Assembly (NCBI GenBank): GCA_030167865.1
Contig: JALAGF010005593.1
Coordinates: 1 to 64,000, forward strand
Source of the DNA: Craspedostauros australis
Lineage: Eukaryota
Reading direction: 5' to 3'
DNA: 64,000 nt
Shown here: positions 13,220-23,800 of the stretch, piece after piece
Layout: each line of letters begins with the position of its first letter
How positions within the stretch are numbered: the stretch's first letter is position 1
Position numbers and translations under genes: made by a program
Notes under the pieces: model-generated
Database searches by the model: none
Told to the model about the DNA's origin: nothing
What the model saw: the letters and a program-made list of their open reading frames with translations, nothing else

Positions 13220-13963
13220 ATGGCATCGGACACACCGCCAGCGCAACCGGAACAACAGCAACAGCAGGAACCACAAGATGAGGGATTGTCACCGGAAGCG
13301 ATCCAATTCACGAACGCGTTCAATGCGCAACGCATGACGCTGGCCGGATTCGCACGATGCGCCAACCAGCAGGAGCTGGATGTTGTTCGCGATGGCTTTT
13401 ACTTGGGCCTGGCGCGGGATCTGTGCCCCATCGAATACGACCCCGTGCGCGAGCAGATCGTGACGGATGCCGACGTTGCCTCATCGACGAAGACCAAGAA
13501 CGCCTTCGAAACGATGATCCAATCCGCACGTAAATCGCCTGGTTGGGAAGCCATGGTCCGAGCCGTCCTAACCAAGGCCGCCTTCGTGGGCAGCGATTTG
13601 GAGAACATATGGCAGACGCTGGAGCAGGGGAGGTTGCGATGGTTGAAGGCTGCTAGCTTGGCGCATGGAATCAAGATGGTGCTGAAGGAAGCGCTGGAGA
13701 AGGATGGCAAGCACACGGAGGGCGACGTCAGCGACGCCATGATGGTTTGGATATACGCGGTGGCGTTGAACATGCCTGGTCTGGAGGATGCCGTCAAGGC
13801 ATGGCAGGGGATCGTGAAGATGGACCGGCCCGACAACCCTCTGTCTGGTTACAAGCCAGAGCTGTGGGACCCGCGGAAACCGGAATGGAGACCGTTGGAC
13901 ATTGGCGTGCAGGAAGCTGCCGAACGGGGCGGATCGAATCTGAAGGATGCCTGGGAGGCCTGA
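13220..13963 (+). CDS. Hypothetical protein (247 aa)
   Basis: Intronless ATG ORF after a CA-rich leader like those of neighbouring genes; globular, Trp-rich composition; no family recognised. Confidence 0.8.
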   Translation: MASDTPPAQPEQQQQQEPQDEGLSPEAIQFTNAFNAQRMTLAGFARCANQQELDVVRDGFYLGLARDLCPIEYDPVREQIVTDADVASSTKTKNAFETMIQSARKSPGWEAMVRAVLTKAAFVGSDLENIWQTLEQGRLRWLKAASLAHGIKMVLKEALEKDGKHTEGDVSDAMMVWIYAVALNMPGLEDAVKAWQGIVKMDRPDNPLSGYKPELWDPRKPEWRPLDIGVQEAAERGGSNLKDAWEA

Positions 13964-14959
13964 TGAGAGAAGACAAATCGAAATGCAATGCAATGGAATG
14001 GAATGGAACATAAATTACATCAATACGCTGCAATGCAACACAATGATAGGAATCGTCATGCGGATTGATTCGTCTCGGTTTGAGTGTGAGGCGAGATAGA
14101 GCGAAGCCATTTCTTTCGCAGATCCACGGCAATTGTGTCAGGGATGAAAAGGAAAAGACAAGAGAGAGAGAAAGAGATGCTGTTGGAACTGTTTCGTATT
14201 GATCATTACGCACTGTCAATCATGCTTCTGCAACTCCTCCCGGAGTATAGTCTTGTTCATTTCACGTGAAAGAGCACAATCTAGATTCGACGATCTGGTA
14301 AATAACATTGAACGATTCACCCTCATATAAAGGGACACACTACAAGTTCAACAATAAATATCAAACGGGACTGAAAAGTTGTTCAAACAGACAGACACAT
14401 ATTGTTGTCTGAACAACTGTTTGCATTGATTCACAGACAGACAAAGTATATTAGCTTTTTATTGTAAATCACCGCAACCCCTTTTCTGACATTTTCTATA
14501 ACTCAGATAATACAAGTATTACCGCAGATACGAATGAGATCACATCAACGCTCTGGTGTTCACCTCCACTGATTAGTTGTACGCATCTCTGCAGATGCCA
14601 CCACCACCACCAGCATCATCAATACCTACAGCTGGTGCTATCGGTTTGCAGAGTGAGTGAGGTGGAAGGTACGAGCAACAGCAACACGCTCAAGTTGTCA
14701 TAATCGAATGCCTCTAGCAGTACTGAACTAATATACATCCAAATAGAGTACACATGTTCATGATTGCGCACGTTTTGACAGAGCGCCCTTGATTTGGTTA
14801 GTAATCGACCCGGCCCTCTCTTACAGCAGAGTAGAGCATAGTATGCCTGGTAAATTCTCTACCTCACTACGAGGATTACAGTTTGCTTTGACGCAAGGCG
14901 GCTTTGGTTTGGTTTGGATCGGTCCAAGATGAGCGATGGACTGCTGGTGGATGCGAGAG

Positions 14960-15838
14960 TCACGACGACTTGGTGGTGCTGGTGACGGCAGCATCGCGGT
15001 CGACAACCCAGATGAGACGATGCTCAGAACTGCTGCCGTCACCATCAGCCTGCATTGGACGCACCATGGAGCAGGGATAGGGCGCCGGATCTGCCAGCGG
15101 CGTCTCGAATGCAGTTGCGGTGGCATCTTCCAATTGATTCTGCCACGCAGCTTGGATGATTGGGAGTTTGGATGCGCCTGCGCCGCAGAACACAACATAC
15201 CGTGTGTGCTCGTTGAGCATGGGCAGCGTGAGAGTGATGCGATTCGGCGGTGGCTTTGGCGAATCCGTGATCGACGTGACCCACTTCTCCTTCTCCTGCA
15301 GCAGCAGATGGTTCGGGAACAAGCTGCAGGTGTGACCATCCGGTCCAAATCCCAGCACCGCCACGTCGAGCATCCCGCCCGATTTGGTCAGCACGTCCCT
15401 GACGATGGCTTCGTACCGTTCTGCGATGAGTGCTGTGGAACCCGCAACATCGTATGGGGCGCCACCTTCCTCCTTGTCTGGACTATTCTGCTGCAGCAGA
15501 GTCTCGTCGATGCCGTGGATTTGCGCTGTTGGGACGGGTATCGTGGAAAACAGCTTCGTTTGCAGCGAGCCCAGATTGGAATCGTCGTGCGTGGATGGCA
15601 CGCAGCGCTCATCTGCGAGGATGACGTGCCACTTGTCGTAGCTGGGTTCGATGTTGAGCTTCTGGAAGGTCTCGTCCATGGTCGAGAGGAAGCTCGGCAG
15701 AGATCCGCCGCTTAGGGCAATTGTGAATGCATTGCGGGCGGTGATGGCCTTGGCGCAGATGTTCGCGATCGTTGGATTGAGATACGTTGGGACCTCCGCC
15801 TTGGTCGGAGCGATGTGCACTTTGGCTGTGTAAGTCAT
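14960..15838 (-). CDS. PGL: 6-phosphogluconolactonase
   Basis: Motifs FTIALSGGSLP, WHVILADERCVP..HDDSN, DVAVLGFGPDGHTCSLFP, ITDSPKPPPNRITLTLP, LIWVVDRDAA. Confidence 0.95.
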   Translation of the reverse strand: MTYTAKVHIAPTKAEVPTYLNPTIANICAKAITARNAFTIALSGGSLPSFLSTMDETFQKLNIEPSYDKWHVILADERCVPSTHDDSNLGSLQTKLFSTIPVPTAQIHGIDETLLQQNSPDKEEGGAPYDVAGSTALIAERYEAIVRDVLTKSGGMLDVAVLGFGPDGHTCSLFPNHLLLQEKEKWVTSITDSPKPPPNRITLTLPMLNEHTRYVVFCGAGASKLPIIQAAWQNQLEDATATAFETPLADPAPYPCSMVRPMQADGDGSSSEHRLIWVVDRDAAVTSTTKSS

Positions 15839-16175
15839 GATGCGATGCTCAGTGTTGCTTTTATGATGCTTTATGATGCTTCTTTCGAGTCGGTCTGGCA
15901 CATTTGTGGTGCTGATCTGTTCTCAACTGCGATGGGAGTGGTAGTGCGATTGTATGGTATTCGTGCCTGCTCCATCCAACAAGGTGGAGTACTCGTACGT
16001 GAACGAGCCGTGATGGTGTCGAAGGACAACACACACACCACAACAATGGAAGCAAAAGGAAAGATACGTTTTTGTTGGAGCTCCAAGTACTTCGCCGAAA
16101 GCAGAGACCCAAACATGCGGGAAAGCGGGATCTGCCTGCGCAGTTTTCACTATTCCAACATACTGCCCGCGGAGA

Positions 16176-16225
16176 GCATGGTCCCTTGCTGCATGATCCC
16201 TTGCTGCATGATCCCTTGCTGCATG
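16176..16225. repeat. 15-bp tandem repeat (GCATGATCCCTTGCT) x3.3
   Basis: Read directly; one mismatch in the first copy; intergenic, upstream of PGL. Confidence 0.9.
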
Positions 16226-16460
16226 GTGCGAGTGTGCTGTAGCTGGGCAGACTGTCATGTAATAGGTCGTGCGTAGAGCAGTTGAACATTGGGGCAGAAT
16301 CGCACTCTGGCAACAATACTATTATATGACAGGAGGCTATGCGTAGGTAGGCGTATTAATGTTGTGTATTTGTATAATATATTCATGATATGTATTTTGC
16401 CATCGTGCATGAGCCACCGCATGCACTCGCGACTGGAGTGTCACCACGCAGAGTGTTGCT

Positions 16461-17537
16461 TCATCTCAACCCGCAGTTGACGTTGACGTTGCCACCGCCG
16501 CTACTTCCGTCATGAATGCCTGTGTCGTTGGCATAGAATGGGTTGGGAGCCAAGAAGCTGAGGATATGGCGGAAGATGTCATCAGGGCAATCGCAGAGCT
16601 GCTGCCAGACGTAGTGCAGCATGCGTGTATCCTTCACCCTCTTGCGGCCAAAGATGGATTGCAGGACCTGCAGGTCGTCGTCGGAGCAGTGCACGAGGCC
16701 CGAGTCATGCTGGATGCACGCCCGGCCGTAACGCTCGAGCTCTCGCACGCAGATCATGTCCTTGAGGTAGCTCCAGTTCGACATCTCTGTCGCGACGAAG
16801 CCAACGCGGTGCAAGAATGCGGGAGCTTCGCCGATCAGGCTGGCCCATTGGTACTGATGCACGAACGCTAGCACGCGCACGAAGGGGCGTCGTGGCGACC
16901 GTTTCATGCACTGCGACCGCCCATGCGGTGCGCTGCCATTGATGGATGGCAGTGGCGAACTCGAGAAGGGCGAGGCGGTCTGCACGCCGTCGAACCCGCC
17001 ACCGTCTTGGCCGCCTTGTTGATTCTGTGGCGATTGCTGCGCCGATGATTGCAATCTCTCTCTGCCGGTCCCGAAGAACACGGAGTATCCCGTGTTTATC
17101 GTGAGCAGCAGCCCCTGCACGAACTGTCCGCTGTGATCGATGGTCCATTGCACGTCGCGGATGAATTCACCAGGTTGCAGGGTGAACCTCGTCTGCAGCA
17201 CTCTGTCGTTGGGATGATCATCGAAGTACTCTGACGAGCAGCACGGAGCATGGGAGTTGGCCGCAGCCGTTGCCACGCGCCCGTCCTCGAAGGTGGATCG
17301 GTAGGAAGGCCTGATGTCGTATACGTGCGTGCCATGGCGGACGTCGACGTGGCTGATCTCTACGTTGGTGCAGATGTGCCTCGATTTCAGATCCCTGTAC
17401 AAGGGCACATCGGAAACGATTGGCCCGGAGTCGTTGATGGCGGCATGCTCGTGCTGCAGGCGCTGGATTTCTTGCACATCGTCGATGCAATCGAACGACG
17501 TCGTTTCGCTGTCGAAGTTCACGAGGACGGTATCCAT
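16461..17537 (-). CDS. Hypothetical protein with jacalin-like beta segment and C-terminal F-box-like motif
   Basis: 358-aa ORF; FTLQPGEFIRDVQW...VQGLLLTINTG.SVFFGTG resembles jacalin repeats; LCDCPDDIFRHILSFL resembles an F-box core. Domain calls are tentative. Confidence 0.7.
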   Translation of the reverse strand: MDTVLVNFDSETTSFDCIDDVQEIQRLQHEHAAINDSGPIVSDVPLYRDLKSRHICTNVEISHVDVRHGTHVYDIRPSYRSTFEDGRVATAAANSHAPCCSSEYFDDHPNDRVLQTRFTLQPGEFIRDVQWTIDHSGQFVQGLLLTINTGYSVFFGTGRERLQSSAQQSPQNQQGGQDGGGFDGVQTASPFSSSPLPSINGSAPHGRSQCMKRSPRRPFVRVLAFVHQYQWASLIGEAPAFLHRVGFVATEMSNWSYLKDMICVRELERYGRACIQHDSGLVHCSDDDLQVLQSIFGRKRVKDTRMLHYVWQQLCDCPDDIFRHILSFLAPNPFYANDTGIHDGSSGGGNVNVNCGLR

Positions 17538-18447
17538 GATGCCAGTTCTTGTGTTAGTGTCTCTCTGTGTTTATCTCCTTGTTTCCGAGTAATAGTACAG
17601 TATGCTCGTCCCTGACAAGTGTGCCTCCGTTGGAAGAGAAAGCGAAGCAATACGTGGATGCCGTTAAAGCGGCTGTCGGAGCACCTTCTGATGCGAGTAC
17701 GTATGGAGGCGCTCTTGTTGTTGTCGTTGTTGCTGCTGCGGTTGTGAAACCGCCTGTTAACCTCGACGACGACGACGACGATGATGATGATGACGACGAT
17801 GATGGTACGAGATGCAATGTATGAGTAGAGTACCACACGATGAGGGGTAACCAAGAAGAGACGAAGGAATGAATAGTCGGCGTGAAGAAGGGCGGGCAGT
17901 AGTGGACTCGTACGTAAGTATAGTATGTCACCAGGGCGCTCGGCTCTCTACCTACACCATGCCAATGCAACGAGTGGAACAAATGAATGCGGCCAAAGAA
18001 AAGGTGAAGGTGAAGGGCAGAAGGAGAAGTGCGACAGCGTGACAGGTACCACACGCGTCAGAATCTATGCAGTGGCTCGTCGTAGTGGAGGGAATCTGTA
18101 GAAGGCACGAGAACAAGCACAACACACAAGGAGGGAACGCGACAAAACGGAACCTTCTTCTGCGCGGCAAGAACAAGCGTTGGCGCCATCCTCCCGCAAT
18201 CGTTCACATCTTCGGTTGAATCGGTTGGGCGGACATCTTTCCATCAATCATGTCTCCACAGCTTCTCGTGTGTGGCGAAGAAGCGTTGGCACGACTGGAA
18301 GCAAACGTGGATTACAGTTGACGCTAATTCAGAACTGTCTAATCGCTACTATTTTCACTCTGTTTGGATGTCAACCCAACCACGTAAAAAGAGGCTCCAA
18401 CCTTGATTCCAACGCTTCTGCTCTAATACCAGTATACAAGTAGTATG

Positions 18448-19146
18448 CTACAAGGTGCTCTTGTTGTATTTCGCAATGATATCATCGATCTGCGCATTGA
18501 TGCTCTCGACCGACGATCCCGTGGCGATGTCGGTGGCGATGGGCGCTGACGGGTCCTTCAAACCGAGCATGGTGAGGTTCTGGTGCAAGAATTCCATGTC
18601 TTCCATGGTCTTGGCGATTGGGGGTGCTGTGGCTGCCTCCGATGATCCCGTCGTGTCTCCGCCACTGTTGATGCTGAAATTCGCCTTGAAGTGCGAATGC
18701 TTGCGTTTGTTGTTGGTGCTGGTGCTGTAAGTGATGCTTGTACTGCCCATGTCATCACCGCTATTGCGATCGCAGGGCTCGCCGAACTGAAATTGCAGGT
18801 TGCTGTGGTAGTATTGCTGAAGCTGCTGATCCATCTCCGTCTGCAGCTGCTCATCGAGCTGCCGTTGCAAGTCGTCCTCGATCTCGCGCTGCTGCGCATC
18901 CATCATCTCCTGGTACTGCTCCTCGATTTCGGCATCCAGCTCCTTTTGGATTTCTTTCAGAACGTAGTCATCGTAGGCGTCATTCTCGTCACTTGAATCA
19001 GTGCTGCGATCGTCGGCCCAACTGGGGCTTGGATCATGTTCTTGCTCCATCATCGATACGTTCGCGTCCTCGTGCGCCTGGGCCTGCGCCTGTGTTGTGA
19101 ATGTGGCGGGCATTTCTCCACGTCCAACACTTTCGGCTCTGATCAT
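18448..19146 (-). CDS. Hypothetical acidic/Gln-rich coiled-coil protein
   Basis: Open frame 18448-19230, first ATG at 19146; EIQKELDAEIEEQYQEMMDAQQREIEDDLQRQL coiled-coil pattern; true start uncertain. Confidence 0.55.
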   Translation of the reverse strand: MIRAESVGRGEMPATFTTQAQAQAHEDANVSMMEQEHDPSPSWADDRSTDSSDENDAYDDYVLKEIQKELDAEIEEQYQEMMDAQQREIEDDLQRQLDEQLQTEMDQQLQQYYHSNLQFQFGEPCDRNSGDDMGSTSITYSTSTNNKRKHSHFKANFSINSGGDTTGSSEAATAPPIAKTMEDMEFLHQNLTMLGLKDPSAPIATDIATGSSVESINAQIDDIIAKYNKSTL

Positions 19147-19378
19147 TTCAACTTTGCGATCTTCCTCGCTGGTGTGCTCTGCTGTCCTCTGTTGTGGTGC
19201 ATTTGTGCCTCCATGTGCCAATCCACTCAAGTCGTTGATGGAACGGCGCCACGAGCATCCACTCCTGTGCAGTGAGGTTGTTGGATGGAGGTTTTGGCCG
19301 CGTTTCTGCCTCTCCTTCTCCGCATCTTCCTTGATTTCGGTTTGATCATGTCACATCTTCTTGTTCGTGTTTTATGAC

Positions 19379-19420
19379 CCACTCGAGTGAACGAAGGTGC
19401 AGTCGTGCCTGATCGTGACT
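19379..19420 (+). repeat. Left inverted repeat of the outer element
   Basis: CCACTCGAGTGAACGAAGGTGCAGTCGTGCCTGATCGTGACT. Confidence 0.85.
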
Positions 19421-20673
19421 TAAACTTTAGCAAAATAAGTACATATTCGGAATCTACGTAAAATTTTGTCGAGGGATACTTAATTTAAAAATCGGGAGAG
19501 TTGTGGATCAAAAGTTATAGACCTTGCAATAGTTTTGGTCTTCGGGCATTGTAGACCTTCCTTAGACTTCGCTGGGTATCGCCAAAACTCGCTGATGATG
19601 TCACACCTGTTCCTATTTTGAATTATTTGTCGCTTGCTATCTGGTTCTGACACGATTCACAATTTTCCACGTCACATTTTCCTTCAATGTTTCTGCACTT
19701 TCGACTGTTTGTTTTGCCGCACGTGGATGCAAATCATCGTGGGTTTGCTCCAAATTCTCGTCTTCCTTGGCTTTGCACCGTCCAAATTCTTCTTCGTCAC
19801 AACCAGAATCNNNCAGCGTTGGTTGCGCACTGGCGCTCGCAGTCATACTTACCATTGTGCACTCCATCGTTTCAGCGGTTTTTGACTTCTTTTCTTGTTC
19901 TTTTTTGACCTTGAGATAGTCCGTGATGAGGTATGTTTTTACTCTAAGTGGTGATACGTGTAGTTGAGCGTGCGAGTCTGTTTTCACCCGTTCCATCGTC
20001 ATCAGTTGTTGGCGTGCGTCGTACTCCGACATTCTGTTCCTTGAGTCATGGCAAGCAAGTACGCAGATTTTGATCAGCTCTGCCAACACATAGTCAGGAT
20101 AGGCTCAAACGATTGAGTCTTCTTTGCGGCGCAACCCGGTGTTGTAACAGGAGGAAGATCCATAGCAGCAGTTGTATCCTTCCACATTGTGTCGTGACCA
20201 GCAGTTTCCATGAGGTTGTTGCAGAGGGCTGTTTTTAATACATTCGCTTCACTCTGTTTCCCACTCTTCTGGGCTTTATGCCTCATCTTTGCCTTTTTGT
20301 ATCCACTGGTACTGGTTGGGGTGACTACTTGTGGTCTTCCTTCACCGTCGCGCCAAGTTCGTGCACAACGGAGCACTCCCAAGCCTCTTCCTCCACCAAA
20401 TTTGTCATCGGTGACATTCGAAGCTTCAATTAGCCAAGCTTTCTCATTCTTGTATTGGATCTTGTGAGTGTTGGGAACACCAAGCATGTTTGCAGCCCAT
20501 TGAGGTCTTGGGATCGTACAGTGAGTCAGCCACTTGCCCTTCAATAGGGAAGCATCAACCAGCAACATTGTGGTGCCTTTGATGTCTCCAAATTGCAGGG
20601 CTTTCAAGATGATCGCCGTCCCTTCCATCGCTGTCGCCGTCACCTGTTGTCTCATCACCATTGCCATCCTTGC

Positions 20674-20836
20674 TGTCAAAGTGCACAAGTAACTACTGAA
20701 GACATATTGGCCTGTTGTTGCGTGCCCTGGTCGGAGCTCTTGATCTTTTATTGTGAGTTGTCCAAAGACAATCCCCTGACCAGTATTTTGACTAATATGA
20801 TTAGTAGAGAGGTAAAAAGTACAGAGAAAGCTGTCA
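20674..20836 (-). repeat. 3' LTR (163 bp)
   Basis: Direct repeat of 26295-26456 with ~18 substitutions + 1 indel by hand alignment; PPT AAGGGGAA (20837-20844) abuts it on the minus strand. Confidence 0.95.
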
Positions 20837-20848
20837 TTCCCCTTGATC

Positions 20849-23800
20849 TCAAGGTGGACCCCCGTAGAACAGGGTTGTGGCAAGAAGTGTTAGTGTTGGC
20901 CTCACCAATGCCTTGATGAGCATGTCAGTGAAGTTCTGAGCTGATGGGACGTGGACTGGAACCATTGTCCCAGCTCCCACAGCCTCACGGACTCAGTGAA
21001 ATGATATTGCCACATGCTTCTTCTGCAATGGGCTGTCTGCGATCGTCGTTTTCGAGATCACCACATTGTTGTCACAGAATGTGACCGTCGGTGATTGGAC
21101 GCGGACTCCCAGCGATCGGAGTGCATATCGGAGTGCAATGATTTCTTCCGTCACTGATCGCATTGCGTTGAATTCTGCTCCATATGTAGACGTTGTGACT
21201 GATGTCTGCCGCTTGCTTGAGAAGTACACAGGCGTCCTGCCAAGGAAAAAGATGATCCTGGTGTTTGATCGGCGTGTGACAAGATCGTGCGCATGGTCAG
21301 CATCGACGAATGCATACATCGGCAGCTCCGGATAGATTGACTTTGGTGACCGGTCGTCGACGTCCTCCTGTGCCTCAGGGTATTCTTCCTTCATTTGCGC
21401 CACCAATTCTAGGTTGGACGGTGTCGAGTTGAAGTTGTCGAATATCATGGGTCTGGAGTCGATTTGTGTTCTGAGTGTGGACATACTCTTGAGATAGCCC
21501 CATATCTTGAGTGCTCTTGCTAGATGTCCTTTCCATTGTGATGCAGTGAATTGAGAGAGTAAAGAAGTTGCAAAAGTGACGCCGAAGCGTCCAAGTTGAA
21601 TGACCCAGTTCAGCATGCCGATGAGCTGCTGGAACTGTTGGTGTTCGTCTGGTGTGAGTAGTTTGGAGTCATCCGTTTCCGGATGGTCCTTGTCCCACAT
21701 GGGAACATGCTGGTCATGGTGTGTTCCATGCTGCCGTTCGACGTTATCCATCGCGTTTGCGATGTATTTGTCACATCCAATGCTCCATTTGCCTTTCACA
21801 TTCCTGGAGTCGTTGTTGCCCAGATAGTATTTGGGTGGTCCAATGTCATTGATGGTGTAGACTTGCTGGATGACCTTCATGTATTGGTCTGGTTCNNNNN
21901 NNNNNNNNNNNNNNNNNNNNNNNNNNNNNNNNNNNNNNNNNNNNNNNNNNNNNNNNNNNNNNNNNNNTGTTTACAAAGTGAGCATGGAAGCTTTGCGCAC
22001 TCGATTGGAGTCCATACAATGCCTTCCTGAGTACGATTGTCTGACCCTTTCGGAAATCTCTCTTTTCCTGCCCTCACGTACATCTTCTCGTTGATGTAGG
22101 CATTGACGAATGCATTCCCCACGTTGCCGCAGAGTTGCTTCAGCTTTTTTGCGTCCATGATGACATCGAGTATCCGTATACTGGTTGATTTGACGGTTGA
22201 TGAGTATACTCTGATGTTGTCAGCGAGTTCGATGAGGTGACCGCCGGCTACCAGCCGCCCCTTGCGCCGCAGATCCTGTTTCACAGCGAAGATGAGCCAG
22301 AGCTTGGTGCTCTGGTAGTACGATGAAGGTCGGTGAGTGGATGGATGGAATTCAAAGCAATCGAGGTCAATCAGAGCGTCGATCTCTTTCTTTGCTGCGT
22401 CCTTCCACCATGTGTTGCCATTGGCTTCGTCAAGTTGGAGTGTGTGTCGCATGTTGCGTGGCACTTCTACACCATATTGGAATACTGTAGCGAAGAAGTC
22501 CTTGTTTGGCTTCTTCTTTCCTGGTCGTATGCGCCTCAGGATGGCAATGCTGTCGTTGTTGTCGACTGTGAAGATGTGGATGCGCTCGGTTCGTCGCATG
22601 TGTCTGCGTATCGCGCGAACAGCGTGCTTTGCCCATTTCAGTATTGTCATTGACTGTGGATTGTGCCTGTCATGCCGTTTTGGCTCGTTGGCAATGATGT
22701 ATCGCGCCACGAGCTCGGGATGGTCTGCCCTCAGGATGTTGTATCGGAACCATTGAGTTTTGTTGTTGTCCCATTTCACATTGAGATGGAGATGTCCGTC
22801 TTGGAAGGAGTGGCCTGCGATGGATGTAATTGCTGGGTCGTTCGTATCGTCTGTTGTGATCTGATTTTGGAACATCTATTCATGCTCGCTCAGCCAGAGT
22901 GTCGATACGCCCCTGAATCCGCTGCTGGGGAGGATCTGGAATCCTCACTGCTTCATAGTCATCAGATTCTCTCGAGATGTCTGCAGTTGAGAGCTTGTCT
23001 TCCCCTTTGCCATTGGATATCATGCTCGTAGGCTTGCTGTTGTGGTTGTCGTTGTCGTCAATGATGACATTCTGCTGACCGAACCATCAGTCGTCATGCG
23101 GAATAGCATTTTTGTTGACCACGACGCCCCTGGTCTCCAGTTGTCCCTCCTCAGGAATGCGAGCAGCCGCCCCCAACTGCACGGGAATCGCGCCGATGGC
23201 CTCACAGACCTGTCAAGCGAGTTGCACCGACATCGTCTTGGTTCGCGCTCGTTGCCCCAAGTTGTCTCTGGTAGTAGTGTGTATGAGATCGAGGCGTGCA
23301 ATGCGCTGAACTTCCTTGTTGGTGATTTGCGGAGCGCTTGCGTCTTCTGCAATTCGTGGTTCCACAATGTTCTGTACCAGGGCGGTGCCTTTGGTTACAT
23401 CGTCGCCCCATGGCAATCATATGTTGTACGTGAAAGGGTCTCCATGGTCCCATGAGATTCCCAGGAAGTAACCTAGTTTGAATGGGTGATGTGGAAACTT
23501 GGCCATTGGCTCGAAATACCAGACCTGTTGAAAGAACGTGAACCTGAACATGGAGATGTCCAGAGTGTTCCCACGGAGCAGTTCAATGAGATTCTTCCAT
23601 TGGATGCTCTCCTTCGCCATGTAGTTCAATACATTGATGGCGTGTTGTACCGTGTAGCACCAGAAGGCGAGCGGTACGGACGCCGCCCAAAGCAATTTGT
23701 ATGCGTGTCGCTTGAGGTCGCTGATCGCCCGCTCCGCTCGGTTTTGATTCTGATTCATGGAAGCAGTGAAGGAGTGTTTGATCATGTACCGCATCGCCAC

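Noticed and set aside
17519..18054. ORFs containing poly-Asp/Ser/Val runs upstream of the jacalin-like gene
   Set aside because: They arise from GAC/GAT trinucleotide microsatellites open in several frames; probably UTR or intergenic.
19371..19378. Target-site duplication for the outer element
   Set aside because: Left flank TTTATGAC and right flank CAACATAA share no direct repeat; only an inverted TTTATG/CATAAA similarity is present.
21896..21967. Missing RT YxDD motif as a biological deletion
   Set aside because: It falls in an N gap of the assembly, so its absence cannot be assessed.
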